Positions 18,424 to 26,462 of a DNA stretch of 64,000 nucleotides are shown one piece after another. Position 1 is the first letter of the stretch; every line of letters begins with the position of its first letter. The notes under the pieces were generated by a model. That model had not been told where the DNA came from, searched no databases, and saw nothing but the letters and a program-made list of their open reading frames with translations. The DNA comes from Candidatus Hydrogenedentota bacterium. Lineage in GTDB: Bacteria > Hydrogenedentota > Hydrogenedentia > Hydrogenedentales > CAITNO01. The translations under genes were made by a program, and so were the position numbers. Location of the stretch: contig JAAYBJ010000013.1 in the NCBI GenBank assembly GCA_012730105.1, forward strand, positions 7,288 to 71,287, read 5' to 3'.

Positions 18424-19551
18424 TTACGGGTTTGCCGTAACCGGTTGCAGAAAATCACTCTCCTTGACACGGACGGCCAGGGGTGGGTTGACACTTCCGT
18501 AATGGGTAATGACCCAAAGGTCGTCCTGCCCCGCTTCAAACAGGTAGGGATAGGCAAGTTGGCCCCCGGGTTCTCGGGCAATCACCACGGGGTCAGACCA
18601 CGTCTTGGCGTCATCCGAAGAAAAGGAAATGGAAAGTTCCTCCCGGAACCACGAGGCGGGGAATTCGCTGCTCGGTCCTTCCGATTTCGTCTTGGGCGCA
18701 ACGCCCCCCTCCGGATTCAGGCGATTCCAGACCAGGGCGAGATGTCCGTTTTGCAGGCGCAATACCCACGGCGGCGCGCTGCTGGCGTCAAGATTCATTG
18801 GCTGTATCACCCGCCAATACCGGCCATGATCTTCCGAGTACGCCGACCACAGGCGATCCAGGTTCGTCCGAATGACCATGAGCATGCGCCCATCGGACAA
18901 CTCGGCCAGAGAAGGTTCCACGGCGCCGTCATGGTGGCCGTGCCCGCCCAGGTCAATCCAGTTGCCCCGCCGCCATGTAACCCCTTCATCGTCCGACACG
19001 AAAGAACAAACAACCCACCGGCGCAATTCCGGATCGAGATGCTCCGCGGCCAGCACAATACTTCCGTTCGACGCCTGCACCAGCCCCATAAAATCCGCAT
19101 TATACCCGTCGAGCAGGCGCTGCTTATCTGACCACGTCTTGCCGCCGTCGGCGCTGCGAATGGTCCAAAGTTCCAGTTTACAGCCGGGATTGGGGCCCTG
19201 GGTTTCATTGTTCCAATCCCAGTTATAGGCAGACATATCGAGAAAGGCGATGATGAGGGTACCGGCCTTGGTCCGGATAAACTGGCCCACATGGCCGTTC
19301 GCGGCAATATCGAGGCCGGGATCGATGGGTGTGCCATCTTCGGACCAGGTTTTCCCGCCATCAGTGCTACTGCGAAGGATGTTCTTATCGATAACGAGCA
19401 GGGAACCGTCATCATTCTTCACAAAGGGACCATACTTGGTAATCTCCAGCGGGGTGCATCGTGGGTCCACCCACCGTTCCCCGCCCCATGCCGCTGTAAT
19501 CGGGAGCACCACCAGGGAAATGAGGCCGAGCAATAGCGCTGATCGTTTCAT
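18424..19551 (-). CDS. BNR/Asp-box beta-propeller protein, sialidase-like fold
   Basis: Asp-boxes are SSTDGGKTWS, SADGGKTWS, SDDEGVTW, SEDHGRYW and SSDDAKTWS. Signal peptide MKRSALLLGLISLVVLPITAAWG follows an AAGGAGAG RBS. No clear RIP motif was seen. Confidence 0.7.
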   Translation of the reverse strand: MKRSALLLGLISLVVLPITAAWGGERWVDPRCTPLEITKYGPFVKNDDGSLLVIDKNILRSSTDGGKTWSEDGTPIDPGLDIAANGHVGQFIRTKAGTLIIAFLDMSAYNWDWNNETQGPNPGCKLELWTIRSADGGKTWSDKQRLLDGYNADFMGLVQASNGSIVLAAEHLDPELRRWVVCSFVSDDEGVTWRRGNWIDLGGHGHHDGAVEPSLAELSDGRMLMVIRTNLDRLWSAYSEDHGRYWRVIQPMNLDASSAPPWVLRLQNGHLALVWNRLNPEGGVAPKTKSEGPSSEFPASWFREELSISFSSDDAKTWSDPVVIAREPGGQLAYPYLFEAGQDDLWVITHYGSVNPPLAVRVKESDFLQPVTANP

Positions 19552-19717
19552 GTTTTCTCTCCTTGATTGCCGGAATACCGTCACACGAGCACTTCCCCCC
19601 CGAGAGCATAACCCTCTCATTGCCACGGTTTCAATGCTGATCACACCTCGACGGCAGCGTGAATCCACCATGTGGTTTCAGGTACCCTTTCTACAAAAGA
19701 AATCGGGAGAATTCGGT

Positions 19718-21001
19718 ATGCGCATACTTATCGCCTATGTATTGGCTTGTTCATTCTTGTCAGCTGGTGTCTCTTTCGGCGAGATTCCTCCATCGCCCGA
19801 ACCGCAGCAGCAGGCGGAACTGCCCCGGATGCTCGAGATGGACTGGTCGGCCGCCCCGCCCATGCCGCAAGGTATGCAGGACAATCATGTTGCCCTGATT
19901 CAGGGATGGCTGGTCAGCGTGGGCGGCTTTTGCGGCGGGTACGATGATGACTGGAAACCCGGTGTTTACCCACGAGGCTTCCTGAACAAGGCCTGGGGTC
20001 TTGACCTTGCCCACGAAGACAAGGGATGGGTGGAACTGCCGCCCCTGCCGGGCGCGCCGCGCCAGGCGATGGAGGGCATTTGTACCGATGATGTCTTGTA
20101 TGTGTGGGGCGGCTTCAGTTATTCCGAACCGTTCACCTACCAGGACGGCTACCGGCTTTCCCGCACGAATGGCGAGTGGGCGTGGGAAGAACTGCCGCCA
20201 CTGCCGTCACCGGCGGCATGGGCGGGAATGTGCGCGGTGGATTCCAGGATTTACTGCCTGGGCGGATGCGACTATGACGAGAAATACTTTTTCACATTGA
20301 CCGATCGCACGGGAAAGATTAAGCGGCTGGGCGCGCGGCTCATTATGCTTGACGTGAATAACCTCAAAGACGGGTGGCAGCCATTAACACCATGCCCGGG
20401 CACGCCCCGGGGCTTTCCCGCGACGGGCGTTGTAGACGGCAACCTCTATTTCGTCGGTGGATTCGCGGTAACGGAAACGGGAGATTACTGCAACGTGGTG
20501 GACAGTTGGCGCTATGATCCCGAGGCGGATACCTGGGAGCGGCTGCGCGATCTTCCGATTTCCGGGTCCGGCACCAGCGCGGGAAGGATTGTGTATAAAA
20601 ACCGTTACCTGCTGCTTCCCTGCGGCTATCAATACGATACTTTCATGAAACCTGACTGCAGCCAGGCACCGAAGTACGGCAACGCCTCCACCATCGGTGA
20701 CACATGGGAAAATCATCCAAAGATCAAAGACACGCATTACTATAACCATTGCTTCGTGTACGATACCCGAACCAACCTGTACGGCACAACGACCTATCTG
20801 CCCTTTGACGATGTTGCCACGATCACCGTCATTGTGAATGACACCGCTTACATGTTTCCCGGTGAAACGGCCGGATTTCTTTGGCAGGGTGAATATTTCG
20901 GGCATCACCCGGAATTTGTGTTAAAAGGCACCCTCAAGGAAACGGGTTGGGAACAACGGGCTTCAAGTAAAAACAACGGCTCGGCTGTAAACTCCAAGTA
21001 G
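19718..21001 (+). CDS. Kelch-repeat beta-propeller protein, NanM (sialic-acid mutarotase)-like
   Basis: Signal peptide MRILIAYVLACSFLSAGVSFG. Repeated Kelch-like blades are LVSVGGFCGG, VLYVWGGFS, RIYCLGGCD and NLYFVGGFA. Confidence 0.6.
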   Translation: MRILIAYVLACSFLSAGVSFGEIPPSPEPQQQAELPRMLEMDWSAAPPMPQGMQDNHVALIQGWLVSVGGFCGGYDDDWKPGVYPRGFLNKAWGLDLAHEDKGWVELPPLPGAPRQAMEGICTDDVLYVWGGFSYSEPFTYQDGYRLSRTNGEWAWEELPPLPSPAAWAGMCAVDSRIYCLGGCDYDEKYFFTLTDRTGKIKRLGARLIMLDVNNLKDGWQPLTPCPGTPRGFPATGVVDGNLYFVGGFAVTETGDYCNVVDSWRYDPEADTWERLRDLPISGSGTSAGRIVYKNRYLLLPCGYQYDTFMKPDCSQAPKYGNASTIGDTWENHPKIKDTHYYNHCFVYDTRTNLYGTTTYLPFDDVATITVIVNDTAYMFPGETAGFLWQGEYFGHHPEFVLKGTLKETGWEQRASSKNNGSAVNSK

Positions 21002-21067
21002 CGTAGACCGCCTATTTTCGTTATCCATAGTACACGTAATTTCGCAATCTGTTCAGGAACCAAGCGT

Positions 21068-23371
21068 ATGTCAGTATCAAAACTGCTTTCAAGTTCCCTT
21101 CTGGCACTATTGTGCTTTTCTGCTTCGGCGGGAGAAGCCAATCCGGAGGACCCCTTCCCGCAGGGTGACACGCCGACACCCATCGTCAGCCACCACTTCC
21201 CGGACCGGGTGCATGAGTTCGTCTGGCGGAACTGGAATGCCGTGGAGCCGGAGAAACTGGCGCATATACTTGGCGCCTCGGGTGAAGAGGTGACAGCGAT
21301 CGCCGAGTCCATGGGCCTCTCCCCCACGCCACTGGTGCCGCCGGAGATGCTCAAACGGGGATATGCCACACTTATCCGGCGGAATTGGCACCTGCTCCCC
21401 TACGCGCAGTTGCTCAAACTGGTGGAAATGACTCCGGAACGCCTGGCGTTTACGCTGCGGGAGGAGGATTTTCTCTGGATTAAACTGGGCCGCCTGAAAC
21501 CGGCCTGTGAAGTTCTCCGCTACCAACCCCCGGACGACACAGCAAAAGCCCAGGCTGCGCAAATTCGCAAAACGCTTGAGGCGGAATTCGGCAGGGCGCT
21601 TCGTGAACCGAGCGAACCACGATTTGATTTCGTTCGTCAGTTAAGCCATCCCCCGGACAAGCCTTTGCCCGTCAACGGAAACGGGGCCGGGCCCATCCGA
21701 ATGGTCTATTCCTATGTGGCGGTATACGGCGACCCTCTGCTGAACCCGGAGTTGAATCCCTATCCGGACGGCCTGTTGCACCGCCTGGCGGCGGCCGGAA
21801 TCAATGGCGTGTGGCTGCAAGGGCTGCTGCGCGACCTGGCGCCGGGCGGATCTACCTTTCCGGAGTTCGGCGAAGGGCATGAGCAACGCCTGTCAACCCT
21901 GCGCGCCTTGACAGAACGCGCGAAACGGTATGGCATCCGGGTATATCTGTACCTGAATGAACCCCGCGCAATGCCCTTGTCTTTTTTTAAGGACCGTCCG
22001 GAAGCGCAGGGGGTCGTTGAAGGAGACCTGGCCGCGCTCTGCACTTCACAGCTGGAGGTGCGCCGTTGGATGACCGAAACACTGGCCCATATATTCAGGG
22101 AAGTGCCGGGCTTGGGCGGCGTATATGCCATTACGGCCTCAGAAAATCTCACCAACTGTGCCTCCCACGGCGGCTGGAGCGCCTGCCCCCGGTGTAAAGA
22201 CCGCACTGACGCTGACATTCTCTGTGAAGTCGTTTCCGCGATTGAAGAGGGCGTCCATCAGGGAAATCCAAACGCTGCCGTATTAATATCGGACTGGGGA
22301 TGGCGGGGCCACGGGGAGGCGCCGGATATTATCGCGCGGTTGCCGAAATCCGTCTGCCTCATGTCCGTAAGCGAGTGGAGCCTGCCTATCGAGCGCGGTG
22401 GCATTAAAAGCGTCGTGGGAGAATATTCCATATCCTCCGTGGGGCCGGGCCCCCGGGCGCAGGTGGAATGGAAAGCCGCGCGCGACGCGGGACTGAAGAT
22501 CGGAACGGAAATTCAGTTTAACAATACCTGCGAGATTGCCACGATGCCCTACCTGCCCGTGATGGACCTGATCGCCGAACACTGCCGCAATCTGCGGCTG
22601 GCGGCAGACATGAACGCCATGCTCATCGGCTGGACAATGGGCGGGTATCCTTCTCCCAACTTCCAGCTCGCCGCGAATGTGGCCGCCATGCCGGAACCCG
22701 ATATCGAGACCGCGTTAAATACAATCGCCCTGGAACGCTTCGGTCCCGATGGCGCACCCTATGCCCGGAAAGCGTGGACGCGCCTGAGTAACGGATTTCG
22801 GGAATATCCCTTTCATATCAGCGTGGTCTACACCTCCCCGGTCCAATGCGGTCCCGCCAATCCGCTGCATCCGGCCGACACCGGTTACAGTGCGACCATG
22901 TGGGGCTTCCCCTATGATGATCTGGACGGATGGCGCGGCCCTTATCCGCCTGAAGTATTTGCGGCACAATTTGAGAAGGTAGCCGGAGAATGGTTCAGCG
23001 GTATCCAAAACTTAGAGGCTGCGGTGAAACTGACCCCGCTTGATCGCCAGGCTGATGCTTTATCCGATCTCCGCCTGGCCCGCGCGGCAGCCCTCCACTT
23101 CCAGTCGGTTGCCAATCAGGCCCGGTTTATCATGGCCCGCGACAAACTCGCCGCCGCGGCAGACACGCTGTCATCCCCGAAGCGCGATACCCTGAAGGCG
23201 GACATCCGGAAGTGTCTGAAAAATGAAATCGACCTCGCCCGGCAACTCTTCGCCTTGGCTAACGAAGACTCCCGCATCGGCTTCGAACCCTCCTGCCAAT
23301 ACTTTTACCTGCCCCTTGATTTAGCCGAAAAGATTATCAACTGCCGTTGGTTACTGGATTGCTATGAGTAA
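21068..23371 (+). CDS. Large secreted glycosidase-like protein of unknown family (paralogue 2)
   Basis: It has a signal peptide and TIM-barrel-like blocks (AAGINGVWLQG, YGIRVYLYLNEP, GVYAITASENL, MPYLPV, IGWTMGGYPSPN). The C-terminus SRIGFEPSCQYFYLPLDLAEKI parallels 14532..16925. Confidence 0.6.
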   Translation: MSVSKLLSSSLLALLCFSASAGEANPEDPFPQGDTPTPIVSHHFPDRVHEFVWRNWNAVEPEKLAHILGASGEEVTAIAESMGLSPTPLVPPEMLKRGYATLIRRNWHLLPYAQLLKLVEMTPERLAFTLREEDFLWIKLGRLKPACEVLRYQPPDDTAKAQAAQIRKTLEAEFGRALREPSEPRFDFVRQLSHPPDKPLPVNGNGAGPIRMVYSYVAVYGDPLLNPELNPYPDGLLHRLAAAGINGVWLQGLLRDLAPGGSTFPEFGEGHEQRLSTLRALTERAKRYGIRVYLYLNEPRAMPLSFFKDRPEAQGVVEGDLAALCTSQLEVRRWMTETLAHIFREVPGLGGVYAITASENLTNCASHGGWSACPRCKDRTDADILCEVVSAIEEGVHQGNPNAAVLISDWGWRGHGEAPDIIARLPKSVCLMSVSEWSLPIERGGIKSVVGEYSISSVGPGPRAQVEWKAARDAGLKIGTEIQFNNTCEIATMPYLPVMDLIAEHCRNLRLAADMNAMLIGWTMGGYPSPNFQLAANVAAMPEPDIETALNTIALERFGPDGAPYARKAWTRLSNGFREYPFHISVVYTSPVQCGPANPLHPADTGYSATMWGFPYDDLDGWRGPYPPEVFAAQFEKVAGEWFSGIQNLEAAVKLTPLDRQADALSDLRLARAAALHFQSVANQARFIMARDKLAAAADTLSSPKRDTLKADIRKCLKNEIDLARQLFALANEDSRIGFEPSCQYFYLPLDLAEKIINCRWLLDCYE

Positions 23372-23428
23372 CCTTCTGTGACAAACCACTTTCAGATATT
23401 ACTCATCCGAATTGCATGCTTAATGAAA

Positions 23429-23504
23429 TGGAGCGGGACACGGGGTTCGAACCCGCGACATCCAGCTTGGGAAGCTGGCACTCTACCAACTGAGTTAGTC
23501 CCGC
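23429..23504 (-). tRNA. tRNA-Gly (anticodon CCC), CCA encoded
   Basis: Hand-folded cloverleaf: GCGGGAC TA ACTC AGTTGGTA GAGT G CCAGC TTCCCAA GCTGG ATGTC GCGGG TTCGAAC CCCGT GTCCCGC T CCA. Total 76 nt. Confidence 0.95.
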
Positions 23505-23517
23505 TCAGGAGAGTTTT

Positions 23518-23546
23518 AGTGTAGCAAAAAACACCTCAACAGTCAA
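23518..23546 (-). promoter_or_regulatory. Sigma70-like promoter for tRNA-Gly
   Basis: On the minus strand, TTGACT (23546-23541) is followed by a 17-nt spacer and TACACT (23523-18). The -10 ends 13 nt before the mature tRNA 5' end. Confidence 0.4.
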
Positions 23547-23590
23547 GAAAACGGCTGAACTTCGCTGTGCCCTGGGCGGTGGAGGTTCTT

Positions 23591-23640
23591 TCGGACCGTG
23601 TCGGACGGAGTCGGACACCATCGGACCTTGTCGGACATTA
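23591..23640. repeat. Tandem array, 5 x 10 bp (TCGGACNNNN)
   Basis: The units are tcggaccgtg tcggacggag tcggacacca tcggaccttg tcggacatta, with an exact 10-bp period. Confidence 0.9.
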
Positions 23641-23658
23641 TACAAGGTCACCAATAGA

Positions 23659-26214
23659 TCAGGCTGGCGGCGTTGCGGGGGCTTCGGGGACTGCGGGCTC
23701 TGCGGGATCTACGGGGGTTGCAGTAGGTGGGGAGGGTGCTGGAGTCACACCATCTGTAGGTGCTGCAGGTTCTGGTGGGACTTCGGAGATTGCGGGAGGC
23801 ACAGGATCCTGGTCTAGCGAGGCTGCAGGGGTTGCGGGATCTACGGAGGGTGCAGAGGGTGCAGCGGGCGCCGGGGGAGCGGGTAGTTCCGGTTGGCAGT
23901 GGTTTTCCCGACCTTGCCGGGCCTGGGCGTTTTTGGGATCAAGGACCAGGACTTGTCCGTAGAGAGCGCAGGCTTCTTCGGTCCGCCCGGCGCTCACCAG
24001 CAGGTCGGCCAGGCCGACGAGGGGCCACGCGTCCTTCGTGTCTACTTGTATTCCCCCGCGAAAGGCCGCTTCCGCCCGCTCCGCGTCGCCGTAGCCGTTA
24101 TAGGCCATGCCGAGCAGGAAATAGGTGTTCGAGTTTTCCGGGTTGACTTTTTTCGCCTGTTCCAGGTATTGAATGGCTTCCAGGTAATTCCCGGATTCAA
24201 AAGCGATATTACCCAGTCCATGGAGGGCTTTGGAGCGCCTGGAATCATTGTAGATAGCCCGGAGAAAGGCGGACTGGGCGCCCTGGTTATCCCCCAGATC
24301 GCGGCGCAGCAGCCCGACGATCTCGGCCACTTCCGCCAGGCGGTAGGGATCGGCCAGGCGCGGCAGTACTTTTTCATACTCCACCAGGGCCTCTTTCTTG
24401 CGGTCCAAATCCAACAGTTTCTGGGCGTATACACGCCTGGCGAACAAATGATCCGGGGCGCGTTCCACGACACGCCTCGCCACAGCCAGGGCTTTTTCCG
24501 GCTGTTGCTTCGCCTCATAGTGCTGCATGCGGAAATACAGCCATGACTGAATATCCTCATCATAAGACACCGGGATAAACCAGCCGGCCAGGGCGACATG
24601 AAACACAATGATAAACCAGGTGAAACACATGAACAGATTGCGCGTTCTCAGAAAATAATCCAGCCGGCACAGGGCCAGTGCGGCAAAGGCGAAGAGGGCG
24701 GGCAGGATGGGTGCCCGGAAATGGGCGGAGACCCACAAGAAAATAATGGGGCCGTACCAGACCAGAATCAGCAGCAGGATGAGGGTGTACCCTTCGGCAG
24801 CCACGCAGGTGTCCCAGGTATCCGGACAGGGATTCCCCAACCGCCTGAGCCGGCCTCCCCTGAGAAGCGTGCCGAAATAACATAACAATCCTGCGATAAA
24901 AAGCGCATAGACAAAGGCAAAGTTTCCCGGAATATAATAGAGAATGCTTGAAAACAAACGGTCGGTGTATTCCGTGATGTTCTGGGAAATCTCTTTCGGC
25001 GTCCAGAACAGGGCAGCCCGTTTAAGGGTGAGTTTCAGAAACCACACGGGATTATTCAGTATCTGCGTTCTGGCTTCCCGGCGCGCCATAGCCGCCCAGC
25101 GCCACCAGTCGTCTATGCGCGCCACTTTTTCGTCCACGCGCAAGTCTTTAAATTCTTCGCCGAGATAGGTGTCCAAGAGATTGTCCGCCCCACGCAGATA
25201 CCCCCTGGACTCAGGCTGGTTTCCAATATACAAAGTGATGCCATGGCCGAAGCTGTTCAATACGAAACGATCCGATTCAAGATAATTAGAAACCGTCACC
25301 GGCAGTATAGGGACAAAAAACGCAACCAGCACAAGTACCATCTGTCCGACGGTTTTTAACAGGAAACAGTGCAGGAACCCGCCTTCCGGGGTCCGCGTCT
25401 GGGCCGCTCCCGCTCCCGGGCTTCCGGTCTCCCCAGAAACTTCCACCTTCCTTCTCGCGCCCGCAGCGACCGCCTTTCTCTGAGCGCGCACCAGCACCCA
25501 TGGCATCCAGCAAAGTAATACGGGCAGGAACAGAATAATAGAGGAAGCGGACAGGGTATATAACCCGCAGGCGAGACCCATACCCAAGGCATTTTTAAAA
25601 TTGAGCCTATGTAGCCAGCGGAGCGCCGCATTCAGAAACAGGAGCGAACAAAATATCATTACCACTGGTTCGTGCAGCGAGGCCTCATAAACGATAAAAG
25701 GCCAATACAGGGCCATAAACGTGGCCATCAGCAGGCCTGCGCCCTGGCTGTACAGTTTTTTGCCTAGGGAATAAGCGAGCAAGGCGCTACATAACCCCAG
25801 AAGCATCTGAACGAGCCGCACACCGAACTGCGCATCCCCCATCAGAAAATACAGCGTGGAAAGGAAGAAGGTGTAGGCTGGCGGACGCAACTGGGGATCG
25901 CCCGGATTGTGCCGCCAGACGATATTGCGCTCAAAACGCGGTTCTATAGGAGGCAGGTTCAACCAGGCCCGCGCCTTTTGGGCGTAATCCATAGCGGAAT
26001 TGTCAATAAAGCCCATGTCCGTCTGAAAAAGCATGGGGATCTGGAAATCGGGGTTCCGCTGTAATTCCCACAGATAGGCCAGCCGAATGGCCAGCCCGAT
26101 CAGCAACACCATCACCAACAAAACCGTATTCAGCCTCCGGGAACGGGAGGCGGTTCCATCGCGCCGCGCGGACGGTACGTCATTCGCAAAGCCTTTATTG
26201 TCCTGTGGGTTCAT
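23659..26214 (-). CDS. Polytopic GT-C-like (GT39/ArnT-type) membrane glycosyltransferase with C-terminal TPR repeats and a Pro/Ala-rich tail
   Basis: 851 aa. Many TM helices fill the first ~560 aa, followed by TPR-like repeats (YFLLGMAYNGYGDAERAEAAF etc.). The last ~75 aa are P/A/E-rich. Confidence 0.7.
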   Translation of the reverse strand: MNPQDNKGFANDVPSARRDGTASRSRRLNTVLLVMVLLIGLAIRLAYLWELQRNPDFQIPMLFQTDMGFIDNSAMDYAQKARAWLNLPPIEPRFERNIVWRHNPGDPQLRPPAYTFFLSTLYFLMGDAQFGVRLVQMLLGLCSALLAYSLGKKLYSQGAGLLMATFMALYWPFIVYEASLHEPVVMIFCSLLFLNAALRWLHRLNFKNALGMGLACGLYTLSASSIILFLPVLLCWMPWVLVRAQRKAVAAGARRKVEVSGETGSPGAGAAQTRTPEGGFLHCFLLKTVGQMVLVLVAFFVPILPVTVSNYLESDRFVLNSFGHGITLYIGNQPESRGYLRGADNLLDTYLGEEFKDLRVDEKVARIDDWWRWAAMARREARTQILNNPVWFLKLTLKRAALFWTPKEISQNITEYTDRLFSSILYYIPGNFAFVYALFIAGLLCYFGTLLRGGRLRRLGNPCPDTWDTCVAAEGYTLILLLILVWYGPIIFLWVSAHFRAPILPALFAFAALALCRLDYFLRTRNLFMCFTWFIIVFHVALAGWFIPVSYDEDIQSWLYFRMQHYEAKQQPEKALAVARRVVERAPDHLFARRVYAQKLLDLDRKKEALVEYEKVLPRLADPYRLAEVAEIVGLLRRDLGDNQGAQSAFLRAIYNDSRRSKALHGLGNIAFESGNYLEAIQYLEQAKKVNPENSNTYFLLGMAYNGYGDAERAEAAFRGGIQVDTKDAWPLVGLADLLVSAGRTEEACALYGQVLVLDPKNAQARQGRENHCQPELPAPPAPAAPSAPSVDPATPAASLDQDPVPPAISEVPPEPAAPTDGVTPAPSPPTATPVDPAEPAVPEAPATPPA

Positions 26215-26462
26215 GCCTATATGATAGGGAGTTTACCCTTAGCAATCAAAATCCGCCTCCCTGCATGCCCGGCCAGCAGGCTTGTCCCCGCTCTTTAAGG
26301 GCCTTGGCACTTTTATACCGTCCGGAAAACATCTGATCCGCGCCGATTGCCGTTGATAGAAGCGGAGTGCATCTGCTACTATTGACGCAGTTGGCAGGCG
26401 CTCAGGACACGTATTTCCCGTGCAGGTCTGTCGCCCGCCTTTTCAATGGACACTTTTCATTC

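Noticed and set aside
23372-23658. Genomic-island integration at tRNA-Gly
   Set aside because: There is no integrase, no direct repeat of the tRNA 3' end that I could find, and the flanking genes look like ordinary chromosome.
23567-23962. 131-aa Gly/Ala-rich ORF
   Set aside because: It is antisense to the Pro/Ala-rich tail of the GT-C/TPR gene and reads through the TCGGAC array. It is a composition artefact.
26215-26462. Cobalamin riboswitch or RiPP precursor upstream of the B12-type radical SAM gene
   Set aside because: There is no B12-box-like sequence. The only small ORF (23 codons from the ATG near 26257) lacks an RBS and any leader/core features.
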